Assembly: GCF_037042905.1 (NCBI RefSeq)
Contig: NC_087249.1
Location: 51,956,001 to 52,020,000, forward strand
Length of the DNA stretch: 64,000 nucleotides
Direction of reading: 5' to 3'
Origin: Lytechinus pictus
Lineage: Eukaryota
The position numbers and the translations under genes were made by a program. Below the pieces are notes generated by a model. The model made no database searches. It had not been told where the DNA came from and saw nothing but the letters and a program-made list of their open reading frames with translations. Of the stretch, positions 1 to 11,960 are shown piece by piece; within the stretch, counting starts at the first letter, position 1; the number at the start of each line of letters is the position of its first letter.

Positions 1-1951
1 TCTTCTGGCTGGAGATGTAAGAGAGAGTGTACAGGGGGTCCGGGTGGCCTGGTACCGGGTGGACATGTACATTTGACATGAGGCCCAGGGACTGGATAGT
101 GCAGAGCATTTGGTGGTAGTGCAATTGGAACCATACCAGGAGGAATAGAACCTGGAGGAAACATGTCAGATGGAAAGACTCCGGATGGCCTTGCGCTTGC
201 CGGTGCCAATCCTACAGGAACCATCCCCGGGGGTATGATGCGTGAGGGATTTGGGGGTATCCCAGGGGCAGTTGAAATTCTTAACTGTGGATTTGGAGAA
301 CTGGATTGTCCTGGGAGGGAAGGGTCATTCGATCTTCTACTGGGAGTATCTTTACCGGTCGCTTCATTTGTATCGGTCTCTTCGTCCTCAGAATCTGAAT
401 TGAAGAGAATTTTACAGGAGTCCAGAGGGATTCCCATGAAAGGTTCTTTCATTTGTCCAGTTGCATCGACAGGAACAAGGACATCAAGTGAGCCAGTAGG
501 ACTAGGATGTAACTCTGGGATATTCACAATTCGTTTCTCTGGCATAAAAACTGCACGAGTTTGGGGACTGGATTCATCCTTAAAACGTATGGTTTCCTGT
601 GTCTTTTCAGTATTTTTCGGTACATTGCTTTCTGGATTAATAGGAGAGGAAGAGGAAGTGGAAGTGACAGCTGCAGAAGGTAAGGTAGGTAATACTGGTA
701 CTGCGATGGTTCTTGAAGGAAGAGAACTTGAAGGTGCAGTCACCTTAGGTTGTGCAGGTAAATCTGGAGCCTTTTTCATGACTGTATTTTGTGGTGGGGT
801 ACGCGGAGCTACATGTAGCAGAGGTGGCTTTGGGGCTATAGGACGATACAGAGTTTGTGACATTTGTGGCATTTGTAGAATTTGTGGCATTTGTAGCATG
901 TGTGGTAGTCCAGGTTGTATGCGTGGCAGCTGTATCTGAGAGAAGGGAAGAGCATGAGCAGGGACAAGACCAGGGGCAAGAGCAGGACCAGGAACATGTA
1001 CAGGAGCTGGAGCAGTACGAGGTAAAATATTAACAGGAGCCCGAGTATTTGATAAAATATTAACAGAAGCCCGAGGAGCATTCGGTAAAATATTAAAAAC
1101 AGGAACCATTGCAGGATTTGGTACACGATAATTAGCAGGAGCCGAAGGAGGATTAGGTAAAGTATTATTTTCACCTTTACCATGCTGAGCTGCAAGATGA
1201 GCTGTAGCCCTCTCCAGTGTAAGTGGTTGATGTGGTGTCCATTGGGGAACGGTACTCTCAATGCTCTCGGGGACTGGGCTTGGTGTTTGAATGTACTGTT
1301 TTTTCACCACATGTATCCTTTGTTGATCACTTCTGTGTCTCTTTTTGAATATGGAATGCCCTCGCTGCAGGTCTTTCAATAACTTCAACTTCAGTTTTGG
1401 CCTCTCGTCCATCTGTTCTTTCAACAAAACCAGTGTATCAAGGTTAGGTTTTGGTACACCATAAACTACCTCCATGATCTTTTTCAAGATTTCATTCGTT
1501 AATGGTTCATCAGGATTTACTTCAATAGGCTCTATGTTTCCTGCTTCCCTACCCTCACCTCCATTGTCCTCACTTTCATCTCCCTCAAAATCCGAATCGC
1601 TACTGGGATCTGGAACCCAGTCATCTTCATCATCTCCATCATTCTCATCGATATCAAAATCTGATTCCGCACCACTCATCTCATCGCTTGACTGCTGATT
1701 GTCTGTTCCGGATTTTCCACCTTTGGGAGGCTGCGCTTGTCCTTCCGGAGAAGAGGGCTCACCCTTGATCCAGCCATCCTCGTTGACGACTAGCATGGTG
1801 CCTTCTGATGGTTCTCCACCCTTGGTGTTTGGAGGTTCCTGATTAGGAACAATCAGCACTGTACATGCTCCTTGAGGCGGAGTCTCCCTGGAGCTGCTTG
1901 GAATGGATTCCTTGAGGGCCCCACGCAAATGGTCTTCTTGATTCTTCATTT
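1..1951 (-). CDS. Large coding exon of an uncharacterised Pro-rich/acidic, likely nuclear protein; runs off the window start
   Basis: Stop-free minus-strand frame of about 650 codons from acceptor ttttgacAG (1953-1952) to position 1. Starts MKNQEDHLRGALKES, has an acidic block (DFDIDENDGDDEDDWVPDPSSDSD), then a Pro-rich region (YRPIAPKPP, PPGMVP repeats). The ORF track misses it because there is no stop in the window. Confidence 0.85.
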
Positions 1952-2639
1952 CTGTCAAAAATTAAATGGAAGAGAAAGAATGGAAAATATTTAAATAATA
2001 ATAACTGTATATTTACCATTACATGCTATTATTTGCCATTTATGAGCAGAAAGAATTGTTACAATGTACCTTAAAGAGGAAGTCCACCCTAAAAAAATTT
2101 GTTTGAAGAAGAAAAAGAGTGCTGATACAGCAAACAAATATAATGTTGAAAATTTCATCAAAGTTGGATGTGAAATAAGAAACTTATGACATATGTCATA
2201 AATGACTGATAAACATCAAATTGATGCTGTTATGATTGGATATCATTTGTCATCAAAATTATTGTTTTCGTGGTGGGTGTTTCATAAAGCTGTTTGTAAG
2301 ATACGAATGACTTTACGCACGACTGGTGATCCTTTTTTGTGCTAAATCATATCCCTGTCTAATTGAGTTACATGTATGACCTAAGAACATGTTCCAGTCG
2401 TGCGTAAAGTCGTGCGTAACTTTACGAACAGCTTTATGAAACACCCACCTGTATACTTTGGATTTGTATTTTTGTTAATCAGTGAGCACCGCATTTTCAT
2501 TTATTGGACAATAAATGAATTAAATTATTCAATAATTTTAAAATTTCACAAAACAGGTATGCACATTCTGGTTGTTATGTAAATGAGGTTACCAATGGCA
2601 TTACAATTACTACTTCCTTTGTATTATGTGAAGTACGAA

Positions 2640-2960
2640 GTACTACTACTAATAATAATAATAATAAACAGTTCTTGTATAGCGCATATCACGATTATGA
2701 ATAATGTCTCTATGCGCTTCCAAAGGACTTGGATATTATTACCCCAGCTGTAGCTTGGCAGCCGTAATTACTAAGATTACAGCACACACGCATTTCAAGG
2801 AATAAATTCCTGCCAGGTACCCATTCACCTCACCTGGGTTGAGTGCAGCACAATGTGGATAAATTTCTTGCGGAAGGAAATTACGCCATGGCTGGGATTC
2901 GAACCCACAACCCTCTGTTTCAAAGTCCGGAGACTAATCCACTGGGACACAACGCTCCAC
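2640..2960 (-). mobile_element. tRNA-derived SINE (CORE-like body, L2-like tail)
   Basis: A-box-like head and B box GGTTCGAATCC, body ...CCCAGGTGAGGTGAATGGGTACC, tail GCGCTATACAAG..(TAT)n; homologous to 52483-52758. Confidence 0.85.
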
Positions 2961-4596
2961 AGCTATTGTTTCTATTGTTTCATTATCAAAATATGAAACT
3001 TAATTAGTTTTTCTCCCTGTAAATGTGGAATCACCATTGTTGTATACTATTAAGATTCAATGAAGAGTTTCTTCTCAATTGTCTCATGATCTCATCTTAA
3101 ATAATGGAAATATTGGATAACTCATAGAATGAAATAAATATTATTGAAAGATATTGTATGACATCAACTTATCATGGTGTTGTGCATATTACTGTATTAT
3201 GAAAATTATTGAAACTCTAATATGTCATAAGTAATAACATGTATTTTACATCTTATTTTGATGAAAGTTTCTGCATCATGCTTGTTTTAGTGTTCTGTAC
3301 TTGACCTTTATTGGAGAATGAAACTGATGGAAAAGGTTGGTTTGGGTGAGAAAAGAATAATGACAGAAAAATAAAAATAAAAGTTTGAGTTGAATTGGGT
3401 AAACAATACGGAAGTTATGAGCCTTTGAATGTTGAGATCACTAATACTAGATGGAGATCCTCCCATTGGCAATGAGACAGAGATGTATGATGTCACATGA
3501 TCAACTATCTCCGTTATAGGAGCCTGAAAATGTACCCAAAGCTTCATTCATATGATAGACAAACAATTCTTCAATCATATAGTGCAATACTAAAAATGAT
3601 AAAATAAATTTTGAAATACGGCATTCTAAATAGTTTCACCAAGTTGTATATTCAAATAGCCATTTCAAAGAGGCTATTACCTGAATCTGTTTATACCACT
3701 TGGTCTATAGCCAGTTGGTCTCATAGACAATTTGTCTAATACTTGGGCCCTGTCTTACAAAGAAAGCCAGCAACATCAGCATCTTATAAATGCATGTTCA
3801 AAATATTTTCTAGATATAATGTGTATTCATAAATTCATTGTTTTCTAGAGAATTTGGATTTTTCACCTTTGTTTACAAAGGACATTTAGCAAATTTCCTG
3901 TCGAAAAATTATGACACTAATGGATTTCCATAGAGTTGCGATTGATTGGATTAATCGTAACTCTTTGTAAGACGGGGCCCTGGTGTAATAATCAGTTCGG
4001 ATAATACCAGTTGGTCTAATCATCATTTCGTTTGATGCCATTTTGTCTTAACCCAGTTGGTCCAACTCCGAAATTGTCTGCAGCTGTATTCACTTTGTCT
4101 CATTACCATTTTGATCGATCATCCTGTGGTCCTGTAGCTCATCTAATAACCATTTGGTCTAATATCCATTTGTTCTATGTTTAAACATACATGTATATAG
4201 ACAAAACATGGATCATGTGGATAATCAGGCTAATCTATAGCCCACCTACAGGGGGGGGGGGGGGTTGCTGCACAATGGGGTAGGGGAGAGAGACCCTAAA
4301 TTTTACCCTAATCCCATTTCATGTTTATGAACATTTGATTTCTCCCTCAATGCAGTGGTCGGAGGGTAGTCTAGTCATAGAAAAAGGGTTTACAAATTTA
4401 TAAAAAATAGCCCAGTAGGTAAGTATCTATAGACGAAATGAAAGACCAAATGGTAGTAAGACCAGGGACCCATCATATCAAGAAAATACAATCAATCTTA
4501 AATCTATAGCAAATCATGTACGAAGGGGGGGGGGGGCTACAAACAGGGGCTGTTGGGCAGCCACGCTGCCACTGCCTACCTACATGTTCAGATTTA

Positions 4597-5766
4597 AGTC
4601 TTTGTCTGGTTTTCTTATGATGGAAGATTTACTGTTGGCATTTTTTCGTTATGTCCAAAAGAATCTACGACCATTAACAAAATTAACACCCGTTAAAGTT
4701 TGCAGCACGTGTGCGCGCGCGAGCTCTCACTACAGGCCATATATGGGCAAAAACATGTCTATTGAAAATTCACTATAGCTCTGTGAATAGTCCGTTGACC
4801 CCAATATTTTTGTTCATATATCAATAGAGTATGAGTTGTAGATTTGATTTCATGTCACCATTGTCCCTCAATTTGATCATGACGTCATCAAAATTGCGCC
4901 TAAACTGAAAATTTCATTTTTTTCAAAAATGATGTCATCAAATTTGATCATAACTCTGTAAATATTGATCGTTTTTCGCCCAGATTTCGATATGTTGTAG
5001 TTTAGAATGTACTCTTTCTCCTCAGTAGTCATGAATTTTCATTTTGAAAAACACATCATGGCGTAAGACAGCGATGAAAAGAGGCATGTCATTTTTCCTC
5101 ATTTTGCGTGTAATCTCTATGGGACATGACTTTTTCTCAAAACTAGATCTACATTCCTCTATTTCGTGAGCTATATCTCCATTTTTTCTTGTAAGTTATC
5201 CCTGAGCTTTTAGTATGTTGTAGCTGAGATTCTTAGCTTTCTGAAGTGTTGCCTTCATTTCTCGATCAGATGCCGAGATCATGCCCGTTTTTCGCTTGCA
5301 AAATTGGATTTGTAATTCTCAAATTTCCTTACGTGTAATCTCTATGGGAACGTATAATTCTTATGGGGAATATCGTGGCTCAATGGATAACGCACTTGAC
5401 TAGCGTCCTCGGGGGCGCAGGTTCGAGTCCTGGGTTGAACAAGATGATTTTTTTTCCTTTTTTTTTCTTCTTACCACCTCGTACATGATCCTTTATGACA
5501 ATTAAAAGGTATAAAAGTTAAAATTTAGCAAGATAAAACAGATTATACTTTTTTCATACTTCAATTGTCATACATTAATGAGTCCTTTTCACAGTGCTTT
5601 ATCATCTCCCCTCATCTCCCGTCTTTCACAACTATTCTATCCATAATGAACATTCCGTTGTCATCATGATGATCATATTGATCTACATGAACATGGTGAT
5701 GGTGCTCATGATGCCGAGAATAAGGACAGACCACCTAATTCGTCCGCATGACGAATTAAATTCTAG
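4597..5766 (+). mobile_element. Non-autonomous Helitron/Helentron-like element carrying a tRNA-like segment (5' end approximate)
   Basis: 3' hairpin TAATTCGTC-cgcat-GACGAATTA (5736-5758) followed by CTAG (5763-5766) and a T-run; internal direct repeats (GTGTAATCTCTATGGGA twice). Confidence 0.5.
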
Positions 5767-5987
5767 TTTATTACTCTACTTTTGTGTTTAGTTTTTAAAA
5801 CAAAATTGAGTTTCCTCAATAGGGGCTCAAGTACATTTTCCCCCTTTTTCATGTAAATATGTAGCAGAAGTGCTCAGGGGGGGGGACACTCACATGTACA
5901 TCGGTGATATGGGAATGTGCCGCCTTGATGACCCCCCTCCCCCTTTTCAGATCTTGGTGTCAGTTTTCTAGATACTTTTTGCATGTT

Positions 5988-6882
5988 GGGGGGGGGGGGG
6001 CACTTCCATTGATGAGTGGATACCAGGCGCGTAGAAAGAAACGCGTAAAAAAGGATAGATCTCTTTTTCAAGATTAGGCACATTACATACGTAACGTAAT
6101 AAGGCTGTCATACTGAAAAACGGTATATATTTCGCTTGGAAAGCTACGTGTTTATGGTCAAATTTGCAAGGCTATAAAAAAGACTAAAATGCTGTATAAA
6201 GGATGTACTTTTTGCCCAATAAAGTGTTTAAGAGTCAGATTTGAACGAGGTGTGGGAGCTAGGTGGAGCGGTACTAAACCCAATGTAGGCCTAAGTAGAG
6301 GTAAAGACGACGTCAGTGATCACGTCCATGACATAACAATTAAAATATCGCTGTACTTGTTTATTTATTTATTTATTTTTTTATTTATTTATTGATATAT
6401 TCATATTCCACAATCATCAAAGTACATTTATAATAAATCATTTTAACACTGAAAAAAATGCATAACACACAGGATTGAAACGTAGCAATGAAATGAAAAA
6501 AGTGGAGGGGCCTACTTAAAAGCAAAGCTTGTAAAATGTAGACCCCCTATCAAAATTTTATACAAGGGTAATATGATATAAGTAGAGTAAAATAATCAGC
6601 AAAATTCTATAAAATTATATATAAACACTGTAACACAAATGTATTTACACTATATACAAAATTAAATATTGACTTTAAAATAATCAATTTGTTTAGGGGG
6701 TCAAAACTTGGAATACTTGTCAAGGGTACCATTTTGTTTCCAATACTTGTTAAGGGTAGGGTTTCACATGCCAATATACTTGTTAAGGGGTGCATGCATT
6801 TTCAGAATATGGAAAATACTTGTTTTTCGAAACCCCATGGTTGCGCCTGGAATCCACTCGTCGATGGAAGTGGCCCCCCGGG
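5988..6882. mobile_element. G-run-terminated MITE (same family as 14847-15412), interrupted by a LINE 3' fragment
   Basis: TIR GGGG..CACTTCCATTGATGAGTGGATACC / GGAATCCACTCGTCGATGGAAGTGGCCCCCCGGG; colinear with the 14847 copy apart from 6364-6695. Confidence 0.8.
6364..6688 (-). mobile_element. 5'-truncated LINE 3' end (CR1/L2-like)
   Basis: (TAAA)n tail, stem-loop AGGGGGTCTAC...GTAGGCCCCT, 7-bp TSD TTGTTTA (6357-6363 and 6689-6695). Confidence 0.65.
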
Positions 6883-7389
6883 CAAAATTTCCTTTCAGAA
6901 GCTGCTGTTTGTAAATTTTTCCCAATACGCCATATCAGGCCCCTTGAAATTTTTGCTCATTATGCCACTGCTTCACTCCATACGTTACCAGTGCCATGCA
7001 TGGCCAGGACCCACAAACACAGCGCTAGCAAAAACTATACCTTCCCTTCCGTCCCGTCGTATTTTTTGTGCCCAAGACCCTGTTATTTCCCAAATGTGGT
7101 TAGCTCCTTGGACCCCCATTTCAGGGTTTCCCGAGGCACACACCCATCAAAATATACTTCAAGCGCTCCCCCCCTCGGAACAAGTGAGGGAGCCCTTGGC
7201 AAACGAGAGCTTATTTGCTCGTGGTGTTTTGAATATACATGTACTTTCTGACGTGTATGATGGTCACATTTGGTAAATAATACAAGGGCATAAAATATAC
7301 AGGAACATATTATTCAACACTATTCAACATTGTATTACAAAGCTAAACTTATATATCCACTACATGTAGATCTACAGCCCTCTGAAAAG

Positions 7390-7801
7390 CCCGGGGGGAG
7401 TCAAATATATTGCTACACACATGCATGACTAAAAAAACATGTTTGAATTAAAGGGGTGTTTTTCAGTTTTGGACGCGGGCTGCGCGTGCACTTGATTAGG
7501 GTATCAAAAACACAGATTTTTCCCCAAAAGGGTGGTTTTAAAAGACTGGTCAATGGTCAGTCGCGGGGTCAAGGTATTTATGGTATGTTTTTTTCCAAGG
7601 CTTTTTTGTAAGACTAGCCAAATGTGTTTAGGGTATGTTTTTTCTCCAAGATTTTTCCCCAGGGTCATATTCTGGCGATAACTTGTTTTGGGGCCAAAGT
7701 AAATAAAGCCTGCAAAAAACTTGTTTAGGGGGTGTTTGGAAATAATTTTTGTCACGCATGTGCACAGCAATACACTTGACTGCCCCCCCCCCCACCCCGG
7801 G
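7390..7801. mobile_element. CCCGGGG-terminated MITE (second family)
   Basis: TIR CCCGGGGGGAGTCAAATATATTGCT..CACATGC / GCATGTG..AGCAATACACTTGACTGCCCC..GGG. Confidence 0.7.
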
Positions 7802-8296
7802 ATGAAAGGCTCTGTCTATATACCCCTGTCCAAAAAAGTGGTAGGTATATGTGCCGCGGGCGAGGCAAAAAACAGAGGCTTTGGAGTGGGCTTATTGTAA
7901 AAAAAGAGGGTCCTCGGAACGGGCTTTGGAACTACAAATGTTTGTGAAAACAGGGGTCATTGGAACGGGCATACGTGCATGTAGCTAGCCCGGTAGCCCG
8001 GGTCCGCTCGCGCTGAGGCGATGGTCGGACAGCGCTCTGCGGCCTTTCACCAAAATTGCAGCTCATTGTAGCGGATCAATGCGGCCGGAACGACGTTACA
8101 AAAAATATGCGAAGCTTTGGAACAGATTTCTTTTTTCTCGATAAAAAGAAAATGCTATGCTTTGGAGTGGCTTTCCTTGTTCTTTTTCTAAAGAAGATAT
8201 TAAATGATGTGCCTTGGAACGGAAATTTGAGTGTAAAAATAGGGGTCCCCTGTGCGGCACATACCCACGTACATGTACCACTCATTACATACTGAG

Positions 8297-8974
8297 GAAT
8301 CAGGGACAACTCGAACCACGGGACAACTCGGACCGTGGGCCGAGTTGTCTCACCCGATTCGTGATTTTTTTTTCCACAAATTTGCGTCTATTTTTCCGTC
8401 ATTTCGAAATTTCTTGAAAAGATTTTCTAGAGATATAGTCTGATGGTAATGTTCTTCACTTTCTATTACTTTTTTTTCGCTGAAATAAATAAAAAAGTGT
8501 AATTTTAGGCGTTTTTCGACAGATCGCGATTCCCATAGGCGCGCGTGTATTAACTGTGTTGGTGCTCTGCTCGGCCCCGCTCAATAACTGACTTGATTTT
8601 GTGATCATTTCTCCTCAAGATGCCACTTTTATCGCAGAAGATGGACTTTCTTGTATTCCATTAACTCCATTTTCTCATCAAAAGGATAAAATTTGGAGTA
8701 TTTGCACGATTTTCTTAAAGTTTTTCACCTTTTCTCTCTGGTCGTAAGAAGCGAACAACCGATGAACGGTCCGCTGCTCTTCATCGCAATTCTACGTAGC
8801 TCGGCCGCCTAAACTGGCGGGGTGGGATTCAGCCCGGAATCCCCAATGGAAGTGGGCGTGCACAGTCAAAGAGCCGAGCTTGACTGAGTGAGAGAGAGTG
8901 AGCTACAGCTTGAAGCTTGGCGCTGGCAGTGTCGTATAGGCTCTGCCTTTTTTTTTTGTATATCCTATAATCTA

Positions 8975-9011
<37 letters not shown>

Positions 9012-9456
9012 CTATATTGATTTTCCCTGGTGTAGAGCTTTAAGATTGTAATGATTAAATATGCTTTAATTTCTTTGACTGAGTGTGACTGTGGTGTGGA
9101 TGTTAGAGTCGCACAAAAAATACTTTTACGTGGGTGGGGGCTCGGGGCGATTTCACTCCTGCCCCCGAAAAAAAAAAGATATATAGGCCTAAAAGTAATC
9201 AATTTGATTAAAAATTAAGCCCCCCCCCAAAAAAAAATTTATGGCTACCCTCAACCCGGCATGCCAACACAGCTACACCGCAAATATTTTTTCACATTTC
9301 GGGGGCAGGAGTGAAATCGCCCCGAGCCCCCACCCACGTAAAAGTATTTTTTGTGCGACTCTAACATCCACACCACAGTCACACTCAGTCAAAGAAATTA
9401 AAGCATATTTAATTATTACAATCTTAAAGCTCTACACCAGGGAAAATCAATATAGA

Positions 9457-9487
<31 letters not shown>

Positions 9488-10156
9488 TAGGATATACAAA
9501 AAAAAAAGGCAGAGCCTATACGACACTGCCAGCGCCAAGCTTCAAGCTCTAGCTCACTCTCTCTCACTCAGTCAAGCTCGGCTCTTTGACTGTGCACGCC
9601 CACTTCCATTGGGGATTCCGGGTTGAATCCCACCCCGCCAGTTTAGGCGGCCGAGCTACGTAGAATTGCGATGAAGAGCAGCGGACCGTTCATCGGTTGT
9701 TCGCTTCTTACGACCAGAGAGAAAAGGTGAAAAACTTTAAGAAAATCGTGCAAATACTCCAAATTTTATCCTTTTGATGAGAAAATGGAGTTAATGGAAT
9801 ACAAGAAAGTCCATCTTCTGCGATAAAAGTGGTAACTTGAGGAGAAATGATCACAAAATCAAGTCAGTTGTTGAGCGGGGCCGAGCCGAGCACCAACACA
9901 GTTAATACACGCGCGCCTATGGGAATCGCGATCTGTCGAAAAAGGCCTAAAATTACACTTTTTTATTTATTTCAGCGAAAAAAAAGTAATAGAAAGTGAA
10001 GAACATTACCATCAGACCATATCTCTAGAAAATCTTTACAAGAAATTTCGAAATGACGGAAAAATAGACGCAAATTTGTGAAAAAAAAATCTCGTAATGG
10101 GTGAGACAACTCGGCCCGCGGTCCGAGATGTCCCGTGGTCCGAGTTGTCCTGACCC
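8297..10156. mobile_element. Foldback non-autonomous DNA transposon, Mutator (MULE)-like, about 870-bp TIRs
   Basis: Arms 8297-9170 and 9297-10156 are near-identical reverse complements. 9-bp TSD CATACTGAG (8288-8296, 10157-10165). Subterminal GGACAACTCGGACC repeats. Confidence 0.9.
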
Positions 10157-10332
10157 CATACTGAGTGCCCCCCCCCCCGGTCTATACCTGAAATAAACAA
10201 CTTTTGCAGAATACCTGTCCTTATCCTTCATGCAGTTTACCTTATCCATCATGCAGTTTATGTGGCACAGGGCATTCAATTTATATCGTTAATGAATAAT
10301 GATTCAGCCAAATATAAAGACAGAAAACTTAC

Positions 10333-10396
10333 TTCTCAAATCTGTTATCTGTACGCTGCATGGCTTGATCAGTTGTGATGATGAAGTCAAATCCAT
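10333..10396 (-). CDS. Putative first coding exon of the same gene (MDLTSSSQLIKPCSVQITDLR)
   Basis: ATG at 10396, consensus donor GTAAGT at 10332. The phase-1 end (A) joins the phase-1 acceptor at 1951 (AA) in frame, giving ...TDLR-K-MKNQ. Confidence 0.55.
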
Positions 10397-11694
10397 GTTC
10401 AAGTTCAGATCATGAAAGCGATGACAACAAAATAAACATGATAAGATGCAGACAATTACGCTCAAGGCAAAGGTTTACGTTGCCAGGCCCTCCATTGTAA
10501 AGAAACAATTAAGATGACAGTTAATTAATGCAGCCCAGGCTTTGTTCAACAAGAGAATATATCATGGGATATGGAAATAGCAGACAACTCAATTGTACGT
10601 GTATACGTACATGTACTGCATGAAGCATGGATTTCTACAGCACCTGGGTTCGCGCACACACTGATGTATTGTTCTATTTACACCACACAGAGCTGAGCTT
10701 AGCTTGCTGTGTTGACTATTCTGTATTTTCAGACCCTATTGACTGATTTGCTATGCCAGCTGCAGAAAAAAAGTAGCATGGTGGGGGTTATAATTGTAGA
10801 TACCGGTATTATACCCCCAGGTATCACCTGCACAGGGGTTGATTAATTCAAACTGTGTATATTCAAGAGGAACAACAAATTAAATCCAGTCTTAACTGTT
10901 GGTGGAGATTTATTCGGCCAAGTTTATTTTTACAAGTGTCTTATCTGATTTTTTATTTGGGGAAAAATATAGTTTGACCATAATCAGATTTTGATACCGG
11001 TACCTCTCTCACTATATATCAAGAAGGAAACAGGGACCTTTACATTCACCTTTATGCATTGACACTTTGTATTGAAATACCTTCAAGGTTTTGATTGGTC
11101 TATATAAGTTTTGTTACTATGGGAACTGTAAGTGATTTATCTTATGGTCTTTTAACCCTCATGGAATGTTTCACATATTAAATCTCACCATCATCGTATA
11201 TATCAAATTATCATTTTGATGATCATTATCATCTCTGTCATCTTCATCATCATTGTTATTATCTTGTTGTTAATGTTATCTTTTTGTTATTGTTATTTGT
11301 TATTATTAGTAGTAGTATTATTATTGTTATTATTATAATTATTGTTATTATCATTATTAATATTATTTAACCATGTGGTTTTTCTGTAATAAGCCCCTGT
11401 TTCAATTGCAACTGAGCCACACTTTTATCCTAATAATTAATATGGAGTTGATGTAATCCTTTTCTGTCCAGTTTGGAATATTATATTATATGATTATAAA
11501 GCACATGTAATATTGGTGATCTGAAGTGTGTATAGGTTTTTCCTCACAATAATAGTCTGATTATTTAGACTAACTGCAGGTTTGTCATCTCTGAATACCC
11601 ATTCTCTCTTTTTTCTCTCCCCTCTTTCTCATTAGAAGAATAGAGAATTGAAAGGAGCATCAGACCTCAATAGCTGAGGGCCACTGGTAGCTAA

Positions 11695-11960
11695 CAAAAG
11701 ACTTCCTGACTTGGTTGGGCAGGATTAGAGAAAAGGGATTTAATCATATGAAAGGTCAGGGGGGGGGGGGGATATTCACCACTAAATCAATAGTTCTATT
11801 TATATGCAAATTAGTTTGCACTGCTTGGAGAATAATAGGCAGGAAGCTTGGGTGAAGTTGGGCGCAGATTCTGAGCAGCCAATAGGGCGGCCAGGCTGTG
11901 GTGGCTCTTTGACTATGGAGTGAATTATTGATCGGGCCTTTTGTCGTTGTCTCTTTTGTA
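11695..11960. promoter_or_regulatory. Candidate promoter/enhancer (ETS, octamer, CCAAT, GC box cluster)
   Basis: ACTTCCTG at 11701, ATGCAAAT at 11804-11811, CAGGAAG near 11840, AGCCAATAG at 11877-11885, GGGCGG at 11885-11890; about 1.4 kb upstream of the minus-strand ATG at 10396. Confidence 0.4.

Noticed and set aside
163-1698. ORFs 163-939(+), 836-1261(-), 1182-1382(+) and 1474-1698(+), including an apparent Cys-rich or membrane protein
   Set aside because: Shadow or alternative frames of the long Pro-rich minus-strand exon; the CxxC pattern comes from its QMPQ repeats.
3306-3523. Possible minus-strand exon with AG/GT ends
   Set aside because: Resembles the repeat at about 29990-30140 and does not fit the frame of the gene model.
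5368-5440. tRNA-Arg gene
   Set aside because: A and B boxes are present but the acceptor and anticodon stems do not pair; treated as a tRNA-derived relic.
8972-9552. Duplicate peptide ORFs on opposite strands
   Set aside because: Produced by the two arms of the foldback element; the same applies to 8214/10025, 61242/61403 and 26273/45703.
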